This document shows, in pieces, positions 30,444 through 40,108 of a stretch of DNA of 64,000 nucleotides. This stretch comes from Chloroflexota bacterium (lineage in GTDB: Bacteria > Chloroflexota > Dehalococcoidia > Lucifugimonadales > UBA3495). A program made the translations under genes and the position numbers. Numbering within the stretch: position 1 is the first letter of the stretch; each line of letters opens with the position of its first letter. The stretch lies in assembly GCA_027623675.1 (NCBI GenBank), contig JAQBVF010000008.1, positions 53,137 to 117,136 on the forward strand, given 5' to 3'. The notes under the pieces are model-generated. The model did not search any database and was not told where the DNA came from. It was given only the letters and a program-made list of their open reading frames with translations.

Positions 30444-30923
30444 CTAAGGCTCCAGGTATCCCAGCCGCATCCGGCGCGGGGCCGGGGCCAGACCAACCAG
30501 CAGATCCCGGACCTCTCGTGCGCTGTTCACCCGGAAAAGGTGGGTGGGGCAACGGCAGTCCGACGAGCCGAACCCCGGCGCGGGCTGCGACACCCCTGCC
30601 GAAGCCGATGCCTTGTTGGCCCAAACGCACTCCCAGCGCTGACCGTCGGCCAACCGCCAGGCTTGGGTCCAGGGAACTTGGGCGCTCAGGTAGTCGGCGT
30701 GCCAGTGGAGCTTCTTATCGTGGCGAAGGTGCCGGGAGACGCGGGAGCGCAGTCCGCCCAGAGCGCTGCCGAAATAGATGTAGTGGCCCCGGGGAAAATC
30801 AACCAACCCCAACCTGCCGACCGCTATCTCGCGGCGGGACGGCAGATACAGCGCCAGGGCATAACCACCGGTTATTCTCGGCTTCGATCTATGAGTTCTG
30901 GTGATAGCGGTCATTGGCTGCAC
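30444..30923 (-). CDS. GIY-YIG nuclease family protein (DUF123-like); start uncertain
   Basis: GGYAL, YIYFGSA, RVSRH, HWHADYL, GFGSSDCRCPTHLF. Confidence 0.8.
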   Translation of the reverse strand: MQPMTAITRTHRSKPRITGGYALALYLPSRREIAVGRLGLVDFPRGHYIYFGSALGGLRSRVSRHLRHDKKLHWHADYLSAQVPWTQAWRLADGQRWECVWANKASASAGVSQPAPGFGSSDCRCPTHLFRVNSAREVRDLLVGLAPAPRRMRLGYLEP

Positions 30924-30954
30924 CGGGAAGCGGCCCGGCGTTACGGCGCCTCCC

Positions 30955-32010
30955 CTATCGTTGCGGTTGCAGAATCACCTTCAACGAGGTCTGGGCTTCC
31001 GCCGTCAGCTTGAACCCCAAGCCCGCTTCGTCCAATCCCAGCCGGTGGCTGATCATCTGATCGACCTGTACCCGGCCCGAAGCGATCATCGCCAGGGCTG
31101 TTTCCAGGTCGCCGGGCGCGCCGGCGTAGGTGGTGGTCAGGGTGGCGTCGTTCCGGAAAAACAGGTCGTTCACCGGAACGTTGATGCTGACGCCCGGCTC
31201 GGTGGGAGCGAAGAACAATACCGTGCCGCCCCGGTCCACCGAGTCCAGTCCCTGCTGCAAAGCCGGGGGCGCCCCGGTGCAGACGATGACCAGTTCGGCC
31301 AAGCGGCCATCGTTCACCTCGCGCAGGCGGGCCGGGATGTCATCGGTGGCCATGAAGGTGAAGTCGGCGCCCAGCTTCCTGGCGGCATCCAGCCGGTCCG
31401 GTACCATGTCCGTGGCGATGATCCGCCCGGCGCCCAGCGCTCTCGCCAGGTTGATGTGCAGCAGCCCGGCCAGCCCGCTGCCAAGCACGATAACCGTCTG
31501 TCCTGGTTGTATGTTGGCCCGCTTCTGACCCCGGTACACACAGGACAATGGCTCGGCGAACGAGGCCGCATCGAATGCCAGACCGTCCGGTATGGCGAAT
31601 ACGCCCCGGTCCACATTGATTGCCGGCACCCGCACGTACTCGGAGAAGCCGCCGGGATCGAAGGTGGTCTCCCGCAGGGTGTCGCAGACCGTGTGATGAC
31701 CGCTAAGGCAGTAGTGACAGGAGTTGCAGGGCACGTGATGGGTGACGATCACCCGGTCTCCCTCTTTGAACCGTATCTCGCCGTACGGGCCGGGACCGGA
31801 CCCAGTCTTCACCACGGTGCCCGAGACCTCGTGGCCCAGGACCATGGGCGCCCGCTGGATGCGGTACCATTCCATGACATCGCTGCCGCAGATGCCGCTG
31901 GCCTCCACCTTTATCAGCAACTCGCCGGGGCCGATCTCGGGCACCGGCACATCCTCGACGCGCACGTCGTGGTTGTTGTAATACATCGCCACTCGCATGT
32001 TAGCTGTCAC
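30955..32010 (-). CDS. Zinc-dependent (polyol-type) dehydrogenase
   Basis: CGSD, GHEVSG, CNSCHYC..C, EPLSC, GSGLAG. Confidence 0.9.
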   Translation of the reverse strand: MTANMRVAMYYNNHDVRVEDVPVPEIGPGELLIKVEASGICGSDVMEWYRIQRAPMVLGHEVSGTVVKTGSGPGPYGEIRFKEGDRVIVTHHVPCNSCHYCLSGHHTVCDTLRETTFDPGGFSEYVRVPAINVDRGVFAIPDGLAFDAASFAEPLSCVYRGQKRANIQPGQTVIVLGSGLAGLLHINLARALGAGRIIATDMVPDRLDAARKLGADFTFMATDDIPARLREVNDGRLAELVIVCTGAPPALQQGLDSVDRGGTVLFFAPTEPGVSINVPVNDLFFRNDATLTTTYAGAPGDLETALAMIASGRVQVDQMISHRLGLDEAGLGFKLTAEAQTSLKVILQPQR

Positions 32011-32073
32011 TTCCTGATGGTTGATTGGCCTTGCCTGCCGGGGCTATAGTGCGGCCGGCACGCTTTGCACTAC

Positions 32074-32345
32074 CCCCGCTCATGGTGAGCCTGTTTTTCA
32101 GCACATGGACTTACCGTCCCCACCCGCTCATCCCGAGCCTATCGAAGGACCCGTTCTGCCAGAGCACTTATCGTTGAGCATCACGGCCTACCCCAACCCG
32201 TGGTTCGACATGCTAACCATGAGCGGACTATTGCGAACCTGTTCTTCAGGACGAGGACTTACCGTCCCCACCCGCTCATCCTGAGCATGTCGAAGGACCC
32301 GTTCTGCGCAAGATCGGTTCGCCGGGGCTCACCACGAGCGGGTGG
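32074..32345. repeat. Cluster of REP-like repeats (CCGCTCATCCTGAGCNTGTCGAAGG and its complement) in both orientations
   Basis: Near-identical ~50-bp direct repeats at about 32107-32159 and 32255-32307, plus inverted units GGTTCGACATGCTAACCATGAGCGG and GGTTCGCCGGGGCTCACCACGAGCGG. Confidence 0.85.
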
Positions 32346-32392
32346 CGGTTACGGCAAGTTGACCCAAACCAACATCCCGCGGAGCAAAAACC

Positions 32393-33208
32393 CTACGCCG
32401 GGACCGTGGCCGCCACACCGTTGCTGGCCTTGGCGCTGTCGAAGACCTCCTGGGCCTCCGCCACCGACGCACCCTCATGGACGATCTGGCGCAGCGCCCG
32501 GATCATGGGCACCGGGTAATCGCTCTGCCAGATGTTCCGGCCCAGGTTGATGCCGATGGAGCCCTTGTCCATGCCGTCCTTGACGAACTCCAAAACCTCG
32601 CGCTCGGTGTCGGCCTGGGGCCCGCCGGCCATGACCACCGGAACCGGGCACCCGCTGGTCACCTTGTCGAACTCCTCGCACCAATAAGTCTTGACCACCT
32701 TGGCGCCCAGTTCGGCGCAGATGCGGCTGCATAGAGCCAGGTAGCGCGCGTCCCGCTTCTCAAGCTCCTTGCCCACGGCGGTTACGGCCATGACCGGGAT
32801 CCCGTATCTCTCGCCCTCGTCCACCAATCTGCCCAGGTTGAGCAGGGACTCTTTCTCGTATTCGGTGCCGATGAAGACCGAGATGCCAACCGCCGTGGCG
32901 TTGATGCGCACCGCGTCTTCCATGGAGGTGGTCAGGCCCTCGTTGGCCAGGTCGGGACCCACCATGCTGGTTCCACCCGAAACTCTCAGGATGATCGGCT
33001 GGTCGATGGCCGGGTCGATAACCGCGCGCACCACCCCGCGGGTGGCGAATACGGCGTCGGAGTATGGAAGGAGGGGCTTGATGGTCTCGCCCGGCTGCTC
33101 CAGCATGTGGGTCGGGCCTTGGAAATAGCCGTGGTCGATGGGCAGGAACATGCAGTGCCCATCGGGTTGAATCAGCCGAGCCATTCGGTTTGCCATTCCC
33201 CAGTCCAT
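32393..33208 (-). CDS. lsrF: LsrF-type class I aldolase/thiolase
   Basis: MDWGMANR, DHGYFQGPT, ILRVSGG, RICAELGA.VVKTY, PVVMAGG, GRNIWQ. Confidence 0.85.
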   Translation of the reverse strand: MDWGMANRMARLIQPDGHCMFLPIDHGYFQGPTHMLEQPGETIKPLLPYSDAVFATRGVVRAVIDPAIDQPIILRVSGGTSMVGPDLANEGLTTSMEDAVRINATAVGISVFIGTEYEKESLLNLGRLVDEGERYGIPVMAVTAVGKELEKRDARYLALCSRICAELGAKVVKTYWCEEFDKVTSGCPVPVVMAGGPQADTEREVLEFVKDGMDKGSIGINLGRNIWQSDYPVPMIRALRQIVHEGASVAEAQEVFDSAKASNGVAATVPA

Positions 33209-33412
33209 ATCGAAACCTCTCATCATTTAGGTGTGATTTAGGTGTGCGCACGTGATATTTGAGTGCGCCCATGCATCAGCGTCTTGGGAAGCCGATTTCC
33301 CCGTCCGTGCGATGTCGTGCGATGTTATGTAGACCGCAGCGTCGGGGACATTATCTCCGCTGGAAGGCCTGGTAACAAGGCGAAATCCAGCCGGGGCCGC
33401 CCTATGTTGCCT

Positions 33413-34261
33413 TTATCTGCCAGGCTCCCAGGTGATGAGCACCTGGCGCACGTCGGGCAGCCATTGGGGGATGAACCCATCGGCGTCATGCTCGAACAGG
33501 CCGTCGAAATTCTCCAGTATCACTTTCTCAGCCCGGTCCCGGTGCTGGGGCGCCAGCCAGATGCCGGCCAAAGCCATCTCGACCGCGTCAGCCTTACTCT
33601 GAGGAAAGGCCGGTTTCTGCGGCACGCCGTTGAACCTGGTCCCCTGTGGCAGGAACCGGACGTCGGGGAGGACGCCCAACTCCCAGAGCGCCGGCAGCAG
33701 TTGGGCGTGGCCGGGCACCAGGGCCTGGTCCTCGCCGTAGACCATCTTGAACAAAACGGCGTTGTGCATCGGGTTGGCAACGCTCCAAACTGAGATGATC
33801 ACCCGGCGGCGGGCGGCGGCCTCCAACTTGGCCACGAACCGGGCGATGTCGCGGACAAAATAGGTCACATTGGCGGCATGTACCACGTCTCCTTCCACGC
33901 CATCAGCGTCCAGCCAGTCAGCCAAGACGAACCTGGCGTTGGCGATTCCAGACTCTGCCACGCAATCCTCGAATTCCTGCCCCATGCCCGGCGAAGGGTC
34001 AACGTTGATCACCTCGCGACAGCGGTACGACATGGGCAGGCTCAACCGGCCCGCGCCCCCGCCGGCGTCCACGAACACATCGCCGGGCCTCACGAAGGCG
34101 GCCATCGTTTCGTAGTCATCATCCAACTGACGCTTGGGGTCGGCTCGGAACCGTCTGGCGTTCGCCCCACCCCAAAAGTCGGAAGCAACCGGCCCCTGAA
34201 GCCGTTCCCTCTGGGCCCCAACCTGGTCGATCAAGGCGGCGTAATCTTCAACTGCGCCCAT
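33413..34261 (-). CDS. Class I SAM-dependent methyltransferase
   Basis: VDAGGGAGRL, VDPSPGM. Confidence 0.8.
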   Translation of the reverse strand: MGAVEDYAALIDQVGAQRERLQGPVASDFWGGANARRFRADPKRQLDDDYETMAAFVRPGDVFVDAGGGAGRLSLPMSYRCREVINVDPSPGMGQEFEDCVAESGIANARFVLADWLDADGVEGDVVHAANVTYFVRDIARFVAKLEAAARRRVIISVWSVANPMHNAVLFKMVYGEDQALVPGHAQLLPALWELGVLPDVRFLPQGTRFNGVPQKPAFPQSKADAVEMALAGIWLAPQHRDRAEKVILENFDGLFEHDADGFIPQWLPDVRQVLITWEPGR

Positions 34262-34425
34262 CAGTCCTCTCGTAAGTCTCTCGATTCATCGTTCCCCAGG
34301 CCGACGGCCCGCATGCCCGGTATTATCCTCACGTCATCCCCTCAATACAAGGAAGGCCGATAACACGGATCCGTCGCCGACGCCCCGATATCCTCCGATT
34401 GCTGTGCATCGTTGTCCCTGCGTTC

Positions 34426-34454
34426 TTGACACTGCCATGGCCCTCTGTTACAAA
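34426..34454 (+). promoter_or_regulatory. Putative sigma70 promoter for the dioxygenase pair
   Basis: TTGACA-N17-TACAAA with a TG extension. Confidence 0.55.
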
Positions 34455-34477
34455 CAAGCAAATTCGCGATACTGATC

Positions 34478-34516
34478 ATCACCGGGTAGCATCACCGGGT
34501 AGCGTCACTGGATAGC
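34478..34516. repeat. Three tandem 13-bp repeats (ATCACCGGGTAGC) in the dioxygenase leader
   Basis: atcaccgggtagc twice, then gtcactggatagc. Confidence 0.8.
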
Positions 34517-34554
34517 ATTCGATTCAACCGTGGACGGCTATCAGGAGGCCAATC

Positions 34555-35619
34555 ATGGGCGAGATTCTAGGCGTCGGCACCACCCATTACCCTCCGCTGA
34601 TCAACCCCGATGAGGACCGCATCTTCCCTCTGACCCGCACCCTGCGGAACAACGACAAGGTGCCAGAGGAGATGAAGCTCCCCACCAATTGGCCCGAGCC
34701 CATGCGCGTGGAGTTCGGCGAGGACGAGGGGTTCAAGTCGGCCCAGGAACACCGGAAGCGGCTGGTCGCTGCCTTTCGGGAGATTCGCACGGCCATCGAC
34801 GGATTCCAACCCGACCTCGTCCTCATCTGGGGCGACGACCAATACGAGAACTTCAAAGAAGACATCATCCCCGCGTTCTGCGTGCTGGCCTACGACCGGT
34901 TCGAGGGCGCGCCCTTCACCAACCGGGATGGCAGTTACCGGCGCAACGTTTGGGATGAGCCACAGGAAAAGAGCTTCATCTACCGGGGCGCACCCCAGGC
35001 GGGCCGTGCCCTGGCCAGCGGTCTCATCAATGAGGGGTTCGATATCGCCTACTCCTACAAGCCCCTCCACGAGAAGGGCCTGGGCCACGCCTTCTTGAAC
35101 ACCCTGCTATACCTGGACTACGACCGCAAGGGCTTCGATTATCCCGTCCTGCCCATCGCCGTCAACTGCTACGGCAGCAGCGTGATTCGCAACCGGGGCG
35201 GCACCATCACCCAGAAAGTGAACGGAGTTGACCTGCCCTTCGACCCGCCCGGACCGTCTCCCAAGCGCTGCATGGAGTTGGGCGCCGCCACCGCCAGGGT
35301 GATGCGAGACAGTCCCTACAGGATCGCCCTAGTGGCCTCGTCCAGTTGGTCCCACGCCTTCCTCACCCCCAAGAATCACTGGCTCTGGCCTGACCTGGAA
35401 TCGGACCACGCCCGGTTCGAGGAACTGCGCGACGGCGACTACGACGCCTGGAAGCGGATCTCCACCGGCCAGATCGAGGATGCCGGCCAGCAGGAGATGC
35501 TCAACTGGATGTGCCTGGCCGGGGCCATGCAGGAGCTGGGCCGCAAGCCGGAGATCCTCGATTACGTCGAGACCTATGTCTTCAATTCCAACAAGTGCCT
35601 GGCGCTGTTCAGTCCGTAA
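34555..35619 (+). CDS. Extradiol ring-cleavage dioxygenase, LigB-like, copy 1
   Basis: GTTHYP, WGDDQYENF, LGHAF, ASSSWSH, GQQEMLNW. Confidence 0.85.
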   Translation: MGEILGVGTTHYPPLINPDEDRIFPLTRTLRNNDKVPEEMKLPTNWPEPMRVEFGEDEGFKSAQEHRKRLVAAFREIRTAIDGFQPDLVLIWGDDQYENFKEDIIPAFCVLAYDRFEGAPFTNRDGSYRRNVWDEPQEKSFIYRGAPQAGRALASGLINEGFDIAYSYKPLHEKGLGHAFLNTLLYLDYDRKGFDYPVLPIAVNCYGSSVIRNRGGTITQKVNGVDLPFDPPGPSPKRCMELGAATARVMRDSPYRIALVASSSWSHAFLTPKNHWLWPDLESDHARFEELRDGDYDAWKRISTGQIEDAGQQEMLNWMCLAGAMQELGRKPEILDYVETYVFNSNKCLALFSP

Positions 35620-35650
35620 CCGGCCAATAACTAAATACCGGAGTAACAAC

Positions 35651-36712
35651 ATGGCAGAGATACTCGGAGTCGGGCTAACCCACTCCCCTTCGATCATCGT
35701 CCCCGATGAATTGAAGCAATACTCGCTAACCCGCGCCCTAAAAAGCAACGACCGCATTCCCGCCGAACAGAAGGACCCAACTTCCTGGCCCGAACCCATG
35801 CGGGCCGAATGGGGCGACGATGAGGGCTACACCGCAGCGAAGATTCAGCGCGAAAAGATCGCCAACGGCTTCCGGAGGCTCCGGGCCGAGATCGACGCCT
35901 TTAACCCGGACGTTGTCCTGGTCTGGGGCGACGACCAGTACGAGAACTTCAAAGAGGACATCATCCCCGCGTTCTGCATCCTGGCCTATGACGGCTTCGA
36001 GTGCCGGCCCATGGCCGGCCGGGACGGCGGCCAACGCCCCAACATCTGGGACGAGCCGGCCGGCAAGGTCTTCAACTACCGGGGGCACGAGTCCAGCCGC
36101 TACCTGGCCAGCGCCCTGCTGGAAGACGGGTTCGACATCGCCTACTCTTACAAGCCCCTCCACGAGCCGGGTCTGGGCCACGCCTTCGTGAACACCCTGC
36201 TCTACCTGGACTATGACCGGAAGGGATTCGATTACCCGGTGATTCCCTTCTCAGTGAACTGTTACGGCAGCAGCATCATTCGCAACCGCGGCGGGTCCAT
36301 CACCCAACAAGTGAACGGCGTCGATCTTCCCTTCGATCCGCCCGGCCCTTCGCCCAAACGGTGCATGGAACTGGGCGCGGCCACGGCCCGGGCGCTCCAG
36401 GCCAGCCCTTGGCGCGTTGCCCTGGTGGCGTCGTCTAGCTGGTCCCACGCCTTCCTCACCCCCAAGAACCACTGGCTCTACCCCGATGTGGAGTCGGACC
36501 TGGCCCGCTTCAACGAACTGAAGGCCGGGAATTACGAGGCCTGGCGGAACATCCCCAACAGCCAGATCGAGGACGCCGGACAACAGGAGATGCTGAACTG
36601 GATGTGCCTGGCCGGGGCCATGTCGGAGTTAGACCGCAAGCCCGAGATAATCGAGTTTCTGCAGACCTATATCTTCAACTCCAGCAAATGCTTGGCGGTG
36701 ATGAAGCCGTAA
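35651..36712 (+). CDS. Extradiol ring-cleavage dioxygenase, LigB-like, copy 2 (tandem paralog)
   Basis: Same motifs; long identical stretches shared with copy 1. Confidence 0.85.
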   Translation: MAEILGVGLTHSPSIIVPDELKQYSLTRALKSNDRIPAEQKDPTSWPEPMRAEWGDDEGYTAAKIQREKIANGFRRLRAEIDAFNPDVVLVWGDDQYENFKEDIIPAFCILAYDGFECRPMAGRDGGQRPNIWDEPAGKVFNYRGHESSRYLASALLEDGFDIAYSYKPLHEPGLGHAFVNTLLYLDYDRKGFDYPVIPFSVNCYGSSIIRNRGGSITQQVNGVDLPFDPPGPSPKRCMELGAATARALQASPWRVALVASSSWSHAFLTPKNHWLYPDVESDLARFNELKAGNYEAWRNIPNSQIEDAGQQEMLNWMCLAGAMSELDRKPEIIEFLQTYIFNSSKCLAVMKP

Positions 36713-36958
36713 CCCAGAGGGACGGTACCGGAAGCAGTTCTTCCCAGCCGAGGGCCAGGTGCTTTACCGCGTGGCCGACTGCCCGGTGAACCGGTGGGTG
36801 GCTCTCGGCCGACGCCGGATTTTGAAGCACTTTGAAGCCGATCACCTGTCAAGATAGATGGACAACACCAAGGCCGAGGGATTCGCCGTAGACCGGTTGA
36901 ATGAACAGAGCATGGAAGGCGGTCCCGAGTTCCTGGCCGGCACGGTCTCTGGCGACGA

Positions 36959-37696
36959 CTAGGCCTCTGCCCCCGCCACTCCAACAAACAGCCACGACCC
37001 GTAGCCGCCCTCGTTGGGCGGCAGGGGTCTGAGTTCCACCGCGAACCCCGCATCTTCCATCAGGCTGGCCCAGGTGTTGATGGCGAATAGGCCGGTGATG
37101 TGGCGATCGGTCTCCACCGTGGTTTCTCCGCCCTGGGTGATGGTGTAGGTGTAGGTCGATTCCACCTGCGTGTCGGCGGGGTCAGGGTCCAGCATCACCT
37201 CTTCAATCTTGACCGTTATGTCATCTCGATGTCGGTCCCAGGTGTAGACCCAGCCATCGGGGAAAGTCTCCACGACCCAGTCAGGCGCCACTAGGAACAC
37301 CCCGCCGGGCCGCAGATGCGCCGCAGCCGTCTGAAACGTCTCTTTCAGGTCCTCCTCGGTCAGGAGATAGGAGGCGGCGTCATGCACCAAGATAGCGTCG
37401 AATGTCCGGCCCAGGCGCACCTTTCGCATGTCGCCCACATGATGCTCGATGCCAGGGTTCAGAGCTTGAGATAGCGCTACCATGTGCGGCGATAGGTCAA
37501 CGGCCGTACAGTCGAAGTTGGGGGCCAGGTGGAAAAGGTTATGCCCGCCGCCCACGCCAAGCTCCAGCAAGGTGTGACGCCCAGCGCCCAGCCGCTCGCG
37601 GATTACGTCCCCTAAGAACGCCGCTTCGTCGCCGTACTCGTCGGGCGGACTGATGATCGGCCAAAGATATGACAGGTCGGAGTAGAGTCGGTTCAT
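36959..37696 (-). CDS. Class I SAM-dependent methyltransferase
   Basis: LELGVGGG, VDLS, GDMR, HLRPGG. Confidence 0.88.
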   Translation of the reverse strand: MNRLYSDLSYLWPIISPPDEYGDEAAFLGDVIRERLGAGRHTLLELGVGGGHNLFHLAPNFDCTAVDLSPHMVALSQALNPGIEHHVGDMRKVRLGRTFDAILVHDAASYLLTEEDLKETFQTAAAHLRPGGVFLVAPDWVVETFPDGWVYTWDRHRDDITVKIEEVMLDPDPADTQVESTYTYTITQGGETTVETDRHITGLFAINTWASLMEDAGFAVELRPLPPNEGGYGSWLFVGVAGAEA

Positions 37697-37724
37697 GGTA
37701 TCGCCAGGAGGTTGATGATCGGAC

Positions 37725-38078
37725 CTATCGGTCCGCGGGGCCGGTCAACAGCCGCATGACCGCTTCGTCGACGGGCACGAAACTGAATCCAGCTTGGTCA
37801 GACGCCCGGCGGTCCGTCTCAGTGTCGCCCACATGGTAGTACTCTTCAGCCGGGAAGAGGTCTTTGACACCCACCAACCGGTGCTTCAGGACTGTGAACT
37901 CCACCGCGATGCCATTGTCCCGCCAGATGCGCTGCTGCTCGCTCACCGTTCGGTCGGAGCAACTGCCGATCAGGTAGCCACTCTCCTGGGCACGGCGCAC
38001 CATCGCCATGGTGATCCCGCCCGGCGGTTCCCCAACCTCCAGTGTTCCATCTATGTCAAAGCTGATCAGTTTCGCCAA
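37725..38078 (-). CDS. HAD family hydrolase (minimal)
   Basis: FDIDGTL, HVGDTETD. Confidence 0.8.
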   Translation of the reverse strand: MAKLISFDIDGTLEVGEPPGGITMAMVRRAQESGYLIGSCSDRTVSEQQRIWRDNGIAVEFTVLKHRLVGVKDLFPAEEYYHVGDTETDRRASDQAGFSFVPVDEAVMRLLTGPADR

Positions 38079-38281
38079 TGGTCCGCCTGTGTCCCCTAGG
38101 GATGTCTTGGATCTATCATCGGGAGGTCCCGACGCTATTGAGGGAGTTAGTCCTCCAATGCCAGGAACCGAATTTTCTCTTGCGTATCAACCCCGACCCA
38201 CCCGCGCCCTTCGTTGTACTTTAGGGTACTTTAGGGGAAAGCCAGGACTAATGATTCTGAAGTTGGCTTAATTGCGGCAGA

Positions 38282-38785
38282 TCAGATCGAATGCTGCCAG
38301 GTCGGGCCGCTGTCCGGCTCTCCGGACAGCTTGAAATGGGGGATGCTGATGCCGCCGGGCTCGTCGTCGAAGATGACTTCGACCCGCTTGCCGATGGCCA
38401 CGTTCTCCTCTTTCTCTGGGTTCAGGCCGGCGTCTAGGAGATTGGCGATGATGCGGAGACCGTCGTCGGGCGTGGGGTGGCCGCTCTGTTCGTCCAGCTC
38501 CACCAGCACGATGGTGAAGGGCGCCATGTCCTTCAGGGCGGGCACCACGGTATGGGCAACGATCTGGTAGCTAAAGATAGTCCCCTTGCCGCTCACTTCG
38601 GTCCAGTCCCACTCCAAAGATGGGCACCAGGGGCAGCCAGGCCCCGGCTCGCCCCGCAGCAGACCGCAGGCGCGGCATTTCTTGACCACCAGTTTGTGCT
38701 CGCCGGCGGCCTCGAAGTAGCCCCGGTACTCGCTGTCGTTGTCGGGGATGTCCAGGCGCTGTCCCCTATATTCGTATACCGCCAT
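38282..38785 (-). CDS. Zn-ribbon/OB-fold (DUF35) acyl-CoA-binding protein
   Basis: CRAC...CPWC, VSGKGTIFSY, VLVELDE. Confidence 0.88.
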   Translation of the reverse strand: MAVYEYRGQRLDIPDNDSEYRGYFEAAGEHKLVVKKCRACGLLRGEPGPGCPWCPSLEWDWTEVSGKGTIFSYQIVAHTVVPALKDMAPFTIVLVELDEQSGHPTPDDGLRIIANLLDAGLNPEKEENVAIGKRVEVIFDDEPGGISIPHFKLSGEPDSGPTWQHSI

Positions 38786-38787
38786 GG

Positions 38788-40008
38788 TTATCTCCTCATG
38801 ATGAGAGCGCTGCCCACGGCGGGGGTGCCCCATCCCATATTCATGCTGATCTCGGCGTCTTTCACCTGCCGGCAGCCGCCCTCGGAGTAATCGTAGGTGT
38901 GCTCGCCATCTGCGGCGTTGGGGCAACAATCGTCCACCGTGCCCCGCAATTGCCGCACGTTCTCAATGACCATGTTCATACCATGGGTGTAGGCCTCGCA
39001 GAGGTGGCCGCCGCTGGTGTTGTTGGGGATCTTGCCGCCAAGATTTATGGCGCCGCTCCGCACGTAGTCCTTGCCCTCGCCCTTTTTGCACCAGCCGTAA
39101 TCCTCCAATTGGAGCAGCACGGTGTAGGTGAAGGCGTCGTAGCAGCCGGTAACGTCGATGTCGTCGTGGGTGACCCCGGCCAGTTCGAAGATGCGCGGGC
39201 CCACGTAGTGCCCGGCAACCCTGGTCAGAGGACCGTGCTGGAGATGGAAATCGCCGCCCGGCTTGGTGCCCCTGCCCTGCGCTCCCAAGATGTGGACCGG
39301 CGGCTGGCGCAGGTTCCGGGCACGCTCGGCCGAGGTAACGATCACGCAGGTGGCGTTGTCGGTTTCCAGGCAGCAGTCCAGCAGATGGGCCACGGGGCGG
39401 ATGATCCAGCGGGAGTCCAGCACGTCCTGCACCGTCACCCTCTGCTTCATCATCGCCTTGGGGTTGTTGCTGGCGTGGTTGCTGTGGGCCACCTTGATAT
39501 GGGCCAGGTCCTCGCTCTTCACCCCGTACTCCGACATATGCTTGGTGAAGTTGAAGGCGAAATTCTGGACGGCGCTGATCAGCCCATAGGGACGCTTCAT
39601 CAGTTCCAAGCCAGATATGGCCGAAGCCGCCCTGGCCCCGGTGCCACCGATGCGGAAGTTGGAGTAGCCGTTCATGGAGCGGAAGATGGCCACGGTGTCG
39701 CACATCCCCGCCTCGATGGCCCCCATGGCCAGGCCGATCAGGGCCTCCGAGCTGGAACCTCCGCCGGAGCAGTCCATGTAGAAGTTGGGCCTCAGACCCA
39801 GGTCGTACATGATGGACGTCGATGGCGTGGAATCCCCGCTGTGGTAGCTAAGCATGCCATCCACTTCGTGGGAGCCCAGTCCCGCGTCGTCCATGGCCTT
39901 CCGGATGGCCTCCGCCCCCATGGCCCTGGTGCTGCGGCCGGAGCCACGGCTGTACTCGGTCTCGCCGATGCCGACGATGGCGTATTTGCCCCTTAGGCTA
40001 GTCTCCAA
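38788..40008 (-). CDS. Thiolase superfamily protein (SCP-x/Ltp2-like)
   Basis: AIVGIGET, LLDCCLETD, YDAFT, NTSGGHLCEAYTHG. Confidence 0.88.
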   Translation of the reverse strand: METSLRGKYAIVGIGETEYSRGSGRSTRAMGAEAIRKAMDDAGLGSHEVDGMLSYHSGDSTPSTSIMYDLGLRPNFYMDCSGGGSSSEALIGLAMGAIEAGMCDTVAIFRSMNGYSNFRIGGTGARAASAISGLELMKRPYGLISAVQNFAFNFTKHMSEYGVKSEDLAHIKVAHSNHASNNPKAMMKQRVTVQDVLDSRWIIRPVAHLLDCCLETDNATCVIVTSAERARNLRQPPVHILGAQGRGTKPGGDFHLQHGPLTRVAGHYVGPRIFELAGVTHDDIDVTGCYDAFTYTVLLQLEDYGWCKKGEGKDYVRSGAINLGGKIPNNTSGGHLCEAYTHGMNMVIENVRQLRGTVDDCCPNAADGEHTYDYSEGGCRQVKDAEISMNMGWGTPAVGSALIMRR

Positions 40009-40108
40009 AACTTCTCCTTGGTCGCGTCGATATAGACGGGAATCTTGAGGCTGGGGGATCGAGCGGTATTATGGGTCTTGAGCCTTTCTTTGACAATCTA
40101 GGAGCAGG

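Noticed and set aside
30444..30923. GIY-YIG nuclease as mobiliser of the nearby repeat cluster
   Set aside because: It is a DUF123-type protein, is not flanked by the repeats, and is separated from them by a dehydrogenase gene.
32074..32345. Possible CRISPR array
   Set aside because: Units occur in both orientations with irregular spacing and degenerate sequence, and no cas genes are present. This fits REP-like repeats.
33227..33268. Short duplications and palindromes (TTTAGGTGTG twice; also 38217-38238 and 15580-15593) as regulatory sites
   Set aside because: Each occurs once and has no independent support; chance or slippage cannot be excluded.
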